Shown: positions 44,231-59,120 of the stretch, one piece after another
Position numbering within the stretch: the first letter of the stretch is position 1
How the letters are laid out: each line of letters starts with the position of its first letter
Notes under the pieces: model-generated
The model's database searches: none
Told to the model about the DNA's origin: nothing
The model's input: the letters and a program-made list of their open reading frames with translations, nothing else
Made by a program: the position numbers and the translations under genes
Assembly (NCBI RefSeq): GCF_009914755.1
Contig: NC_060925.1
Length of the DNA stretch: 64,000 nt
Source: the human T2T-CHM13v2.0 reference genome, Homo sapiens
Reading direction: 5' to 3' (one strand)

Positions 44231-44871
44231 GCGAGGTGATTAATGGACGGTCAAGGCAGCTCCTTAGGCAGCTTTAGCCTGCCCTGTGGAACATCCCTGA
44301 GGGGGACTCCAACCAGCCGGAGCGACACGGATCCTGAGAGTGCTCCCGGGTAGGCATTTGCCCCGGTGGGACACCTCACCAGAGCAGTGTGTGGCACGCC
44401 CCTGTGGAGGATCAACGCAGTGGCTGAACACCGGGAAGGAACTGGCGCTTGGAGTCTGGATATCTGAAACTTGGTAAGACTAGTCTTTGGAACTTGCCCA
44501 CTCCATTTGAGTGGAAGCATGGCCTGATCACCCATGGTGTGCCTTTATCAGCACTTTGGTATTGGTTTTGACTTGGTTTGAATTGCTTGATAGGACTGGT
44601 CTTCGGAACTTGCCCACTCCATTTGAGTGGAAGTGTGGCCTGATCACCCACGGTGTGCCTGTACCGGCACTTTGGTTTTTGTTTTTGACTTGACTTAGGT
44701 TGCTTGATACTTTGGTTCTGGTTTTGACCTGGCCTGGATTTCTGGATACTCTGATTTTGGTTTTGATTTTGGTTTGGTGTAAACCGCAAAAGTGTGTGTG
44801 TGCCCTTTTTACCTGTTCTTTGTTTTGTGGTGTATGTGTGGTGTGAGTGTGGTGTTTTGTCTTGAAGAAGC

Positions 44872-45150
44872 ATGGGTCAGGCACAAATAAGCCCACCCCG
44901 CTAGGAACTATGTCGAAAAAATTCAAGAAAAGATTTAAGGGAGATTACGGTGTTACTATGACACCAGGAAAACTTAGAACTTTGTGTGAAATAGACTGGC
45001 CAGCATTAGAGGTGTGTTGGCCATCAGAAGGAAGCCTGGACAGGTCCCTTGTTTCAAAGGTATGGCACAAGGTAACCTGCAAGGCAGGGCAACCAGACCA
45101 GTTTCCGTACAGAGACACTTAGTTACAGCTGGTTTTAGACCCCCTTTCCC
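44872..45150 (+). pseudogene. Gammaretroviral gag matrix (MA) fragment, frameshifted
   Basis: MGQAQ start, then KPTPLGTM..KLRTLCEIDWPALEVCWPSEGSLD..PDQFPY in another frame. Confidence 0.85.
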
Positions 45151-46714
45151 AAAACAGTAGTTAAGTGAACAGCAGCATAAGCGGCTGGCAGAGGCAAGGA
45201 AAGACCAGCAGAGAGAAAGAGAGGAAAGAGACAGAGAGAAAAAGAGGCAAAGAGAGAGAGGAAGAGACAGAGAGACAAAGAAGGAGTCAAGAAAAGAGAG
45301 AGGCAGAGAGAGAGGCAGAAAGAGAGGAAGAGACAGAGGCAAAAGGAAAGTCAAAGAGAGAGAGAGAGAGAGAGAAAGTCAAAGAAAGAAAGAAAAAGAG
45401 AAAGAGAAATATACAAGTAGTTAAGAAAAAAACAGTATACCCTATTCCTTTAAAAGCCAAGGTAAATTTAAAACCTATAATTGATAATTAAAGGTATTCT
45501 CCATAACCCTGTAACACTCTAATACCACTTTGTTGTCAGTGTAAACAAGGGCATATCCCGAAAGCACTGAGGTCTTCCTATCAAAAATCCTTAATCCAGT
45601 AACCCGTGGATGGCCCAGATGCCTTCAATCTGTAGCGGCAGCTGCTTTGCTAACGGGAAAAAAAAGGGCCATCTATACTAATTCTAAGTTAATTTAGACT
45701 AAACGAGGTCTTATTAATAGCAAAGGATAACTGAAATCCCAAACTTACAAGGTTTTCAACAAAAGTAAAGTTTGCTAAAGTTAACAGTGTAACATGTATT
45801 ACAGTAACTTCTAATCTTGTGGCCGTAGACAATCTAGTCCACAGACATAAAGAAAGTTCGCTTTAAAAAAAAAAAAAAGAATGGTTATCTTCAAAAAAAG
45901 AAAAAAGGAAAAAAAGGGGGAGGCAGAATTTACATAAAAGAGTGTTATATGGTAAATTCTTGTCCTGAAATAAATTAACTGGTTGTTTAAAGAAAGAAAT
46001 GTTTATAATAAGTCAGAAAGTTGAGACATGTCGAAGAATTGTCTGTGAAAGTCATGAAAGAAAAAAGGTTATAAAAAAATTTTATGCAAAAAATGTTGTA
46101 TAATTTAAAAAGCAATAAGGCCTCCTGAGTAGTATTGAAGAAACAGTTTTATGTGCAAGGTGTATAAGAAAAGTAAAATATACCTTTGGTAAAAGGAATA
46201 TAAGGAGGCATAAGAATGTGGATTTTTACCTACAGTAAAAGGTTAAAAAAATTATTGTTTTGAAAGTTTAAGCAAGTTTTAAAACATCAATTGTAAAGAA
46301 AATTCTGTGTGTAAACATATTAGCTAAAGTTAAAAAGGTATCATCCAGTTTTTCTGTGAACTGGACATTAAAGTAAAAACACAACAGGTTTTTCTTAAAG
46401 CACCAACCTGGTCTTTAACAAAAATTATAAAAGGTTAAAAAGAGTCTATAAAATCTTACCTTATGGTCAAACATGAAAATTTGGATAAATATGTCTACAA
46501 GGTTTTATTAAAATTAAATTTAACATTAATAACACACTAATATAAAGGTAGAGTTTAGCTTATCTGGTATAAAAATCATACAAGAAGCATTATTAAATAT
46601 AAAATTGTGTTTAGCTTTCTTTGGTCTAAAAACTAATAAAAATAGGTGCTAAAGGAAACATGCATTTTACTAGAGGATCATAGAAGTTAAAGACTTAAAA
46701 CAAACTTTGGCAAT

Positions 46715-47460
46715 TAAGACAGCACAACAAGATGCAAATGCCTGGTTGGAATGGATCAAATATTCCATCTGCACGTTAAACAAAAGCAATTATTATGCTT
46801 GTGCACATGACAGGCCAGAGTCCCAGATGGTCCCCTTTCCACTAAGGTGGTCCTCCAGTCGACCAAGCATGGGCTCCATGGTAGCTCTTTTCCAGGATTC
46901 TACAGCCTAGAGTAATAAGTCGTGCCAAGCTCTCTCTGCTATATCCCAATGTCCGGCACCCCGTAGGTCAGCCCCCGAAGGCCATCCAGCTTCTGTCTCC
47001 CAACGCTAAGTTCACTTCGTGTCTCTCATGACAGGGAGGAAACTTAGCATTCCTTGGAGACCTGAAGGGATGCAGTGAGCTTAAGAATTTTCAAGAACTT
47101 ATCAATCAGTCAGCCCTTGTTCATCCCCGAGCGGATGTATGGTGGTGTTGTGGTGGAACTTTACTGGGCACTCTGCCAAATAACTAGAGTGGCACTTGTG
47201 CTTTAGTCCATTTGGCTGTCCCTTTAACCCTGGCATTTCATCAACCAGAGGAAGAAAAAAAATAAGACATCATAAAGCGAGAGAAGCCCCTTATGGGTCT
47301 TTCAACTCTCACATCTATTTAGATGCAATTGGAGCCCCGCAAGGAATACCAGATCAATTTAAAGCTTGAAATCAAATAGCTACAGGACTCAAGTCAATAT
47401 TTTGGTAGATGACAGTCAATAAAAATATAAATTAGATAAACTACATCTATTACAACCAAC
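46715..47460 (+). pseudogene. ERV env fragment (HERV-I/IP10-like), with stops
   Basis: NAWLEWIKYS..YACAH, YLDAIGAPQGIPDQFKA and INYIYYNQQ motifs. Confidence 0.7.
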
Positions 47461-48030
47461 AGCAACAAGCTTTTCATGAGTTAAAAGAAAAACTCAGGTC
47501 GGCCCCAGCCCTGGGGCTACCTGACCTGACAAAACCTTTTACACTCTGTGTGTCAAAAAGAAAAAAAAAGGCAGTTGGAGTTTTAACCCAGACCGTGGGG
47601 CCCTGGCCAAGGCCAGTGGCCTATCTCTCAAAACAACTAGACGGGGTTTCCAAAGGCTGGCCCCCATGTCTAAGGGCCCTGGCAGCGATGGTCCTGTTAG
47701 CACAAGAAGCAGATAAGCTAACTCTTAGGCAAAACCTAAACATAAAGTCCTCCCATGCTGTGGTGACTTTAATCAATACCAAAGGACATCATTAGTTAAC
47801 GAATGCTAGACTAACTAGATACCAAAGCTTGCTCTGTGAAAGTCCCCGCATAACCATTGAAGTTTACAACACCCTAAACCCTGCCACCTTGCTCCTGGTA
47901 TCAGAGAGCCCAGTTAAACATAACTGTGTGGAAGTATTAGATTCAGTTTATTCTAGTGGCCCCAACCTCTGAGACCATCCTTAAACATCAGTAGACTGGG
48001 AGCTGTATGTGGATGGGAGCAGCTTCGCCA
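47461..48030 (+). pseudogene. ERV pol fragment (RT connection to RNase H start)
   Basis: APALGLPDLTKPF, GVLTQ..RPVAYLSKQLD..GWPPCLRA, LNPATLL, LYVDGSSF; in-frame stops. Confidence 0.88.
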
Positions 48031-48798
48031 ACCCCTGCAAAGTGACTCTGAAGAAGACGACAAGCCCTGCTCCAGTCACACCCGGAAGCTGACTGGTCCA
48101 CGCATGGCCGAATCATGAGGAAACTCATCGCAGGACTCATTTTCCTTAAAATTTGGACTTCTACAGTAAGGACTTCAACTGACCTTCCTCAGACTTAGGG
48201 CTGTTCCCAGTATATACATCAAGTCACCGAGGTAGGACAAAAGATTGCTACAGTCCTATTATTTTATGGTTATTATAAGTGTACCGGGACTCTAAAAGAA
48301 ACTTGTTTGTATAATGCTATTGTATCCAAGGTATGCAGCCCAGGAAATAACAAACCTGATGCGTGTTATGACCCATTTTAAGCCTCCCATGAACACAGTT
48401 TTTAAAATAAAATTAAGGACTGGTCCTTTTCTAGGTGACACAAGTAAAGTAATAGCTAGGACAAAATAAAGAGGGGTTCCCAAGCATATAACCCTAAAAT
48501 TTAATGCCTGTGCCACTATCAATAGCAATCAGCATAGAATAAGATGCAGTTCTTTAAATTGAAAAAAGTAGGAAGTGTTGCCTTCCTTGTTGGAAGCAAG
48601 TAAAACTCCAAAAAAAAGGGAGTTGTACAGCAAAATAAACTTTAGATCTCGACCAAATTTTGTGAGATCAGGGATTGTCTGGAGGGGGTGTTCCCAGACC
48701 TCAGCAAATTGTCTTATTGGTTTGAGCCATAAACATAGCTCATGCTGGTACCAAGCACCGATAGGAGATTTGTCAAAGGTCAAGAGCACCTCCACTCA

Positions 48799-48817
48799 GA
48801 ATCCCTCGCGGTTACCA
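48799..48817 (-). promoter_or_regulatory. MER4A primer-binding site, tRNA-Arg-like
   Basis: Plus strand GAATCCCTCGCGGTTACCA resembles recalled tRNA-Arg(TCG) 3' end GAATCCCTTCGTGGTTA-CCA; 3 nt from LTR edge. Confidence 0.7.
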
Positions 48818-48876
48818 AAATGCGAACCCCCAAAATCTGAGACAGGTCTCAGTTAATTTAGAAAGTTTACTTTGCC

Positions 48877-49225
<349 letters not shown>

Positions 49226-49830
49226 TCAGTAAGTCCTGAAGACATGTGCCCAAGGTGGTCAGGACACAGCTTGGTTTTTATACATTTTAGGGAGACCTGA
49301 AACATCAATCAATATATGTAAGAAGTACATTGGTTCCATCCAGAAAGGTGGAGACAACTCAAAGCAGGGAAGGGGCTTCCAGGTTACTGGGAGGTGGGAG
49401 ACAAAGCGTTGCATTCTTCTGAGTTTCTGATAAGCCTTTCCAAAGGAGGCAATCAGATACACATCTATCTCAGTGAGCAGAGGGATGACTTTGAATAGAG
49501 TGGGAGACAGGTTTGCCCTGAGCAGTTTCCAGCTTGACTTTTGCCTTTAGCTTAGTAATTTGGGGGTCCCAAAATGTTCCTTTCTCAGATGAATTCCACT
49601 GTGACTATTTTTTTTCTTTTGTCTCTTGTGCTTTTGGTGCTGGCTAGGAAGGCTTAGCCTAATCCAAGATCATGAAGATGTACACTTTTATTTTTTCCTA
49701 AGAGTTTTAGTTCCTATAAAACTATATAAAAATATAGTTTTAACTCATATTTAGGTCTATGTTCTATTTGGAGTTAAATTTCTGTATGGTGCACTTTGAA
49801 TGTGCATATTCAGTTGTTACAGCACCATTA

Positions 49831-50335
<505 letters not shown>

Positions 50336-53300
50336 ACATACATATAAGGGTTTGTTTCTGGGCTTTTAATTCTATTCCAATGAACTATATGCCGGACTGT
50401 GTGACAGTATAAAAAATGTCCTAATATTTGTAGTTTTGTAGTAAGTTTTGAAAGTGTGAGTTCTCCATCTTTGTGGTTTTTTTTTAAATTGTTTTACTCT
50501 CCTTGGTTCCTTGCATTTCTATATAAATTTTATTATTAACTCATCAATTTTCACGAAAAGAAAAGCCAGATGAGATTTTTGACAGGATTGCATTGAACCT
50601 ATAGATTTGGGGAATGCTGTCATCTTAATATTGTCATTCAATCCATGAAGATTAGATGTTTTTCCATTTATTTAAATTTTCTTTAATTTCTTTTAACAGT
50701 GTTGTGTAGTGTTCAGAATATGAGTTTTGCATTTCTTTTGTTAAATTTATTTTTAAGTATTTTATTATTTTTGATGCTACTGTAAGTAGAATTATTTTTT
50801 AAATTTCCTTTTCAGATTATTCATTTGCTGGTGTATAGAAGTACAATTGATTTTTGGATATTGATCTTGTATTCTGCTATCTCACTAAATTTATTTACTG
50901 GACTTAATAGTTTTTTAGTGATTACTTAGGATTTTCTATATACAAGACTATGATATAGTAGAGATGGTTTTACTTCTTTTTCAATATAGATCCTGTTTTT
51001 TCTTTTTCTTGTCTAGTTGCTCTGGCAAGAGACTCCAATACAATATTGAATTGAAGTAGTGAAAGCAGACATCCTTGTCTTGCTCCTGATTTTAGGAGGA
51101 AAGCATTCCATTCTGTTTTTCACCATTAGGTATGACGTGAGTTTTTCTTAGATGGTCTTTTTCAGATTAAGGAAGTTCCCTTCTGTTGCTAATTTGTTCA
51201 GTATATTTACCATGGAAAGATGCTGGGTGGCACAAACATGGCTCACTGCATCCTCAACCTCTTGGCTTCCAAGTAGCTAGGACCACAGGTGTATGCCACC
51301 AACGCTCAGCTAATTTTTCAATTTTTAGTAGAGACAAGGTCTTGTCATGTTGCCCAGGTCTGAGTTAGTTTTGATAATTGGTATTTTTCTAGGAATCAGT
51401 CAGTTTAAACTAGTTTATCTAACTTGTTGGGACACAGCTTTCATAATACTCTCTAATAACCTTTTAAGTTTTGTAAGATTGGTAGTGGTTTCCCATCTTT
51501 CATTCCTGATTTTATGAATTTGAGTCTTCTCTCTTTTTCTCTTGTTAGTCTAGCTAAATGTTTGTCAATTGTGCTGATCTTTTCAAAGAACAAGCATTTT
51601 TGGGTTTCATCGCTTTTCTCTATTGCCTTTCTATTCTCTGCATTATTTATTTCTGCTCTAATCTTTATCAACCCCTTTCTTCTCCTTCTTTTAGGTTTAG
51701 TTTGCTCTTCTTGGTTTTCTTTGAGGTAGAACATTAGGCTACTGAGTTGGGATTTTTGGGCATTTATATCTCTAAGCTTCCTGCTAAGCACTGTTTTAGC
51801 TTTATCTCCTAAAGTTTTGGTATGTTGTGGTTCCATTTTCATTCATCTGAAGGTATTTTCTAATTTCCCTTGTGATTTCTTGTTTGCCCATTGATGATTT
51901 AGGAGTGTGTTTGATTTTTACATATTTGCGAATGTTGTAAATTTCTTTCTGGTATTGTCTTTCCAGCTCCCAGAGGCTGCCACATTCTTGGGCTCATGCC
52001 CTCTCCCATCTACAAAACCAGCAATCACATCACTCCAAATTCTGCTATCATTACATCTTCTTCTCTGACTCTCTTGCCCCTTTCTTTCCCTCATAAGGAG
52101 ACATGATTACATTGGGCCAACCGGGATAATCCAGAACAATCTTCCCATCTCAAAATCTTTAACTTAATCACATCTGTGAAGTCTCTTTTGCCATGTAAGG
52201 TAACATATTCACAGGTTCTGAGAATTATGATGTGGACATCTTTGATCAGTTATACTTCTGCCTACCCTATCTTCTTTTCCTTCTTTACTGTGAAATATAA
52301 CACACGAGAGCTGAGGCTGATCCCTATAGACAGCTCTCCCAGAGAAAGCACTGGTCTTCTGCAGACCTCCAAGAACACCGGCTGTAGGGTAGGCTGAATG
52401 AAGCCAATCAATCCTGGTAGAACTCACTACCGGATAGATGTACATTTGCAACTGCAAGGATTTGCCTGTAGTTCCTGGTTATGCAGGTAGGGGGCTGGTT
52501 CTCCCCCAGCCATAAACACTGAGGTGCTAGAATTGGGCTGGAAACCCAGGGTCTCTCTTTTCAGCTTATAATTGACTGCCAGCTACTGATCATGACAGAG
52601 AGGAGCTGGTTCTTCTCCCATTCATGCAGCCTAAGAGCCCCAGAGCCCAAGGACCAACGCCCCACTCTAGGTGTCTGTTTTCCACTCTGTTAGATCACTG
52701 TGCACTGCCCCAGAACATGATGGATAGTGGGACCCCTTTCTGCTGTCCTGATGTCAGTATTGGCTTGTCATTCTCCTTATTTTGTCATTCTCCCAACAGT
52801 ACACATGTTGAGAGTGCAGGAAACGTAATAGTGGACAGATCATTATAAAGTGAACACCTCTGTAACCCCTGAACAAGCCACAAAAAAGAATGCTCCAGGC
52901 TCCAGAAGTTTCCCCCTGCTTCTTCCCAGTCACATCACCTACTCTCCCTTCTACATGAAACCACAGCCTGGTTTTATGGTTATTACCTGATTGCGTCTTT
53001 TTGTGGTTTCACCACCATCTTGTGTATCCCTTGACATCGTGTTTTAGTTTTTCCTGGTTTTGAACTTTATAGGAATGGAATCACACAGTATGTATTATTT
53101 TATTGTCTGGATTCTTTGGCTCATTTTTAAAAAAAGTTTAACTCGTGTGTGTGTGTGTGTAGCTATAGTTTGTTCATTTTTATTTGCTGTACATTCATTT
53201 GCTGAATAAATACACCACAACTTATCTATCTATTGTGCTGTTGAGGGACATTTGGGTTGGTTTTGTCTATCACCAATAATGCTGCCCAAAACATTCTTGT

Positions 53301-53879
53301 ATGTGTCTTAGTTTTCTAGTCTACTATTTAATATTATTGGAAACCAGGCCTCTGTTTTTATAATGATTGCTGTTATCATTGCCAAAGACTCCTCCTTTTA
53401 GTTATTGCTTCCTCAGCACTTTAGGATATTGCAAAAGAAAGCAGTCAGCTTGGCCCAAAGAAACCTGGAAAACATTGATGATTTCATTGTGGCCGCTTTG
53501 AAGGCAGGATTGTTTTTCTCTTGTTTACCATTAGATCCTCAGTACCTACCAGACATAGTTTGTTGCATGAATGAATTATGGAAGTGGGCTTTGTACCATG
53601 TCAAGCCAAGCTAAAGCAGTAAACCTTTCCTGAAGTTTCTATAGGTGAGACCTATATTTCCTTACTATAATATTCTCTCCTAATTAACCCACTGTCTTTA
53701 TTATACCACATGCTCAGCAGAGTCACGATAAAGTGAGCCAGAGTGGGGAGTTTTTGATGCTTCTAATCTGAGTCCATATTGGCTTTTGGAATTTTTTCAT
53801 TAATCATCCTAATAATGACTAGGAACATTCCAAGCTGTGGACTTGGGCTTTCTGTATGATACTTGAAATCCACACGGGC

Positions 53880-54238
<359 letters not shown>

Positions 54239-54989
54239 CTATACATATGATTAGGGAAAGCTGGTCATTTTTCATTATTCTCAAATTGTAAAAACTTTGA
54301 ACTGGAAGAGAACCTCTAGAAGCTGTGCATTTAGATTTGGAAAAATGAAGGATGTGAGAGAAAACGTTTGTCATCATGATGGCTTTTAATTAGAGGAACT
54401 AATTGGGTGGAAGATGGACTTTTAGGTCTCAAAAACTAATTATTCATGCAGCGAAAGGAAGGGAACAAGGCCTAAATGAGGCACATGTACAAACTCTCTC
54501 TTCTTTTAACTGAGTATCTAGCATAGTCACCACAAGTCTAATTGGGCATTTCCTTTTAAAACTTCTCTTAATAGCTGCCCTGGTACCAGAGTGAGCTCCC
54601 CATTCAAAATATGCTTTTCAGCCTTTCTCAACAAGAATAGAATCTTTCTCTTGACTCCACACCAAAAGTTATTTTTCCTCCCTTTGAATCTCTATATCAC
54701 TAGGTTCCAACCTCCCACATGACCTTCATCACTTTCCACCTTGTATTATATTTATTTATTTATACATTTATGTATATGTATATTTTATACACTTGATTCT
54801 AAGATTGTAGGGAGAAGAATGCTCCCAAATTTGTTTTGCAAATGTAAGAGTCTTGCATATAATAGATGCTCAGTCATAATTCATATGTATCAATATTACA
54901 GCTTGTGGTGAGCAAACAACACTAAAAGAGATAATCGTGGGGAAGATGCTGATGAGGCCAGGTGGGGTGAGCATTACTAAATATATTGA

Positions 54990-55375
<386 letters not shown>

Positions 55376-56399
55376 TGAGTTATCCAAAGCAAAATAATTT
55401 ATTTGAAGTTTTATATTTGTCTTTTACATATACACATACATATATGTAGGTACATATATATTTTTATTCTTTTATAAAGAAAAATTATTTATATGGTAAC
55501 AATTGTGGAGTTTGGTTATAAAGACATGTTCTCCACCCAAGAGCATTTATTTTCCTTTGTTAGAAGTTTTAATGTAAAATCAGCCAAGATTCCTTTTGTT
55601 AAAGCCAACAAGTGTTTTTAGCACATCTTTCAGATGAATTAGTTTCCTGTTGTGTTTCACAGGCCAATCAAAGATGGGCAGGGATGGTCTCAAATTGACC
55701 CTTCTACCTACAGTGTTTCTGCTGTGTGCTTATAAAGATTGAACTTCTGTATTCTCATTCCACATCCATGAACACACACAACTCCAGCTGCTATTCAATA
55801 GATGAACTCTGATAAATGTAAGTTTTCTAGTACATTGATGGAATTTCTATAGCAGGATGTATTGAGCCCATTTTTTTATAAATTAGTTGACAATACAGTA
55901 TTCTGTTTCACTGTACCCTTTGAAGGGAACATGAAAAGAGGGCAGTTCTACAGAAAAGCCCCCCACCCCAACCATTTCCTCAACCCTCTACACACTTATA
56001 AAGGGCATTGTCTTTGCCACTGCTGTTCATTCTCTGAGGCTTGGGTTCAAAGGCACCTCAGAAGTCTTACAGGAGAGAGGCAAAATGCAGGCCTACACTC
56101 TTTTGCTCCTTCAGCAGTGGACATATATTAAATGTTCTCAGACCTCTTCTCCATCTGTTAAAGACCAACACAATCCCTAAATTGATGAGGGTAAGAGATT
56201 GGCAAATCTGCTCCATGTTACTGACTGCCTTATTCCTTCCCATTTTCCTCACCATGGCTTGGGATAAATTATCCAGCGTCCTAAGGGTTACTGTCAGGTG
56301 TCTCTGCACAGGCACTGTGCAAATATCAATTCATGCCCTCCCCCACCTTGATGACAGATTCATCTAAGACCATTTAAGCAATCCCTTAAATTGCTTGTG

Positions 56400-57590
56400 T
56401 TACGAAAGAAAGGGAACTTCAACATTGTTGGAAGGAATCTAAAATGGTACAGTCACTGTAGAAAATCATTTGGTAGTTTTTCTTCAAAAAGTTAAACACA
56501 GAATTAGCACAGGACCCAATGAATCCACTCCAATATAGACCCATGAGTACTGAAAATATGTTATCTTACAAGAATTAGCCAGGTGTGGTGGTGTGTGCCT
56601 GTAGACCCAGCTACTCAGGAGGCTGAGCTGGAAGGACTGCTTGAGCCCAGGAGGTCAAGGCTGCAGTGAATTGTGATTGTGCCACTGCACTCCAGCCTGG
56701 GCAACAGAACAAGGCCTGACTCAAAAAAAAAAAAAGAAAAGAAAAGAAAATATGTACATGAGTGTTCATAGTAGTATTATTAATAACAGCCAGAACAAAG
56801 TTCATCAACTGATGACTAGATAAACAAAATGTGGCCTATCCATATGATGAAATATTATTCAGCTATAAAAAGGAATGTTCTGTTGTTATATGCTGTATGC
56901 TCAGGGATGAAACATGGAAACATTATGCTAAATAAAAGAAGTCAAACACAAAAAGCCACATATTGTGTCATTCCATTTATATGAAATGTCCAGAATAGGC
57001 AAATCCTCAGAGACAGAAAGCAAATTAGTGGTTGCCAGGGGATAAGGGGAGCAGAGCTGGGACTGACTGCTATAGGTATGAGGTTTCCTTCTGTGGTGAT
57101 AGAAATATTCTGGAATGAGAAGTGATCGTTGCATAATAGGGTGAATATACTACAAAACAATGGAATGTTGATATGGTTTTGTTGTGTCCCCACGCAAATC
57201 TCATCTTGAATTATAGCTCCCATAATTCCCACGTGTTGTGGGAGGGACTCGGTGGGAGATAATCGAATCATGGGGGCAGTTTTCCCCATACTGTTCTTGT
57301 GGTAGTGAATAAGTCTCACAAGATCTGATGGTTTTATAGGGGGTTTCCCCTTTTGCTTGGCTCTCACTCTGTCTTGCCTGCTGTCATGTAAGATGTGCCT
57401 TTCACCTTCCGCCATGTTTGTGAGGCCTCTCCAGCCACATGGAACTGTGAGTCCCTCAATCCTCTTCTTCTTTATAAATTACCCAGTCTAGGGTATGTCT
57501 TTATCAGCAGCATGAAAATGGACAAATACAATTGTACACTTTAAAATGGTACATTTTATGTTTTGTGAGTTGTATCTTAATTTTAAAAAA
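56400..57590 (+). mobile_element. L1MB-like 3' fragment with Alu right arm (56572-56748) and THE1 insertion
   Basis: L1 3' UTR motifs continuous across the insertions. Confidence 0.8.
57169..57530 (+). mobile_element. THE1 (C/D-like) solo LTR
   Basis: TGATATGGTTT..AAATCTCATCTTGAATT..AATACA; 5-bp TSD AATGT/ATTGT. Confidence 0.92.
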
Positions 57591-58879
57591 GACCATAACA
57601 ATGCTTACAACCTACATGCTGTAGAGTAGATCATACTTACGTCATTATTTTCTGGTCATACTTAGGAAAGAGTAAAGACTGTCACAGAATAAATGAATGA
57701 ATGGACGAATCAATTGATGAACTGATGAATAAGTAGAATGAAAGGGAGCCTGGGAAACAGAGGTCTTTTGTGACTAAACATGGGTGAGGAGACACTTCGT
57801 ATAATTTTTTTCTTGGGCGAGTAGTAGAACACAGAGAGGTTGGAGGGAAACACTAGCAGGACTTGACTTTACAGGGAATTTGTTTTGGAAAGGATGTCCC
57901 CAAGCAAGGAGATTCTCTTCCCTTCCCAAAACACTGTATCCTGCCATAGCCTTCTTCCACTCTGAGTGGGGCACGTGCTGCCAAGATGAAAAGCAAATCT
58001 CCCTGTAGCAGCCAAAGAAAACAAACACAGAAAAAAAGCAAATGAAAACTGGGAGAGGAAGCAGGATTCTGCATCCTGGTTGATAACATCGTCAAAATCA
58101 AAGCCACAAAGACACACAGTCAGGGCCACTGATAGAGCTTAGGGGCCATCCAGGGCAGGGTTGACCAGAGGTGAGAAGGTCCCCGGACCCTCAGTGTCAT
58201 CAGCCCAAGCCCCCATAATTTTGTAACTAATATTGATGGAATAACAGGGCCCTTCCCATATACAGGTTAAGACCCAACAGATGCCTCGGGTAATTTATTT
58301 ACTTAACAAATACAAACTGAGATTGACTGTGCCTGAGATACACAGGGAGAGGCACAAGTCCCAGCCAAGGAAGGGCATCTTCTAGGTAGGAAGTTTCCTG
58401 GGACTGATCTCTCAACTTATTTCTTCTGGCCTGTCCCTTCCTCTCGCCACATATTCTTGGCACCCTGTCCTTCTCCAGGGCCTTTCCCCCTCCTCCTCCT
58501 CCCCTAAAAAGGAAAGTGTGAGGAAGCAGCCATGGGACCTCCCCTTTCTGGCTGGGTAGGCGCTCCTAGGTGAGACGAGGAACTCTGAGTGGCTCGGCTA
58601 TTGCAGGAGCAAGTGCCTTCTCCTACTTCGGACATGGGATTGCTGTGAGGACCGAATAGCCTTCTGCTTCCGACAGAGTTTTATAGACTGCAAAGTATTA
58701 TTCAAATGGCAGGGAAAATAGAAAAGTGTGGCATTGTTTCTCCCACACTTTTCTATGACTTCTGACATTTCAAATATAGTATTCCTCCTATTTCAAAATA
58801 CTCTTAGTCCCGACTCTTCACTGAGTTGGGTAACAGGAGGTTGTTCCTTAGGACTTACTCACCAGAAAGGAAAGGAGGG

Positions 58880-59120
58880 TTTCCTTTCACTTCCGGTTAG
58901 AACCAGCTTCAAGCATTTCCTCCCCACCCTTCCGTCCAAAACCCTGATCACAGCGCCCCCTCGTGTAAATCCGGAGCAACTGCCCGGGAAATCCCCCGTC
59001 TAACCCGGGCCAAAGTCAAAAGCTGAAGGAGGGGGTCCGGTTGAACTCTGGGTGGGCGGGAACTGGGGCTCCTACAGGGCGGTGATGCCTACAGGGGACA
59101 GGCTCCAGTCAGGTCCGTTT
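58880..59120. promoter_or_regulatory. Candidate distal regulatory element with CTCF, ETS, NF-kB and GC-box motifs
   Basis: CpG-enriched non-repeat patch; motifs listed in findings. Confidence 0.6.

Larger units (their letters stand above)
44208..48567 (+). mobile_element. Harlequin-like mosaic ERV internal region, 3'-truncated with no 3' LTR
   Basis: Leader, gag MA, GA-rich tract, AT-rich non-coding block, env-like, pol and env-start fragments in mosaic order. Confidence 0.85.

Noticed and set aside
45165-45491. Charged 108-aa ORF
   Set aside because: Translation of the GA-rich low-complexity tract in the ERV
44872-48290. Possible domesticated gag, pol or env gene
   Set aside because: All fragments are short and carry frameshifts or stops; no RT catalytic core or intact env
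48799-48817. tRNA-like 3' end ending in CCA
   Set aside because: Only ~19 nt and adjacent to an LTR: a primer-binding site, not a tRNA gene
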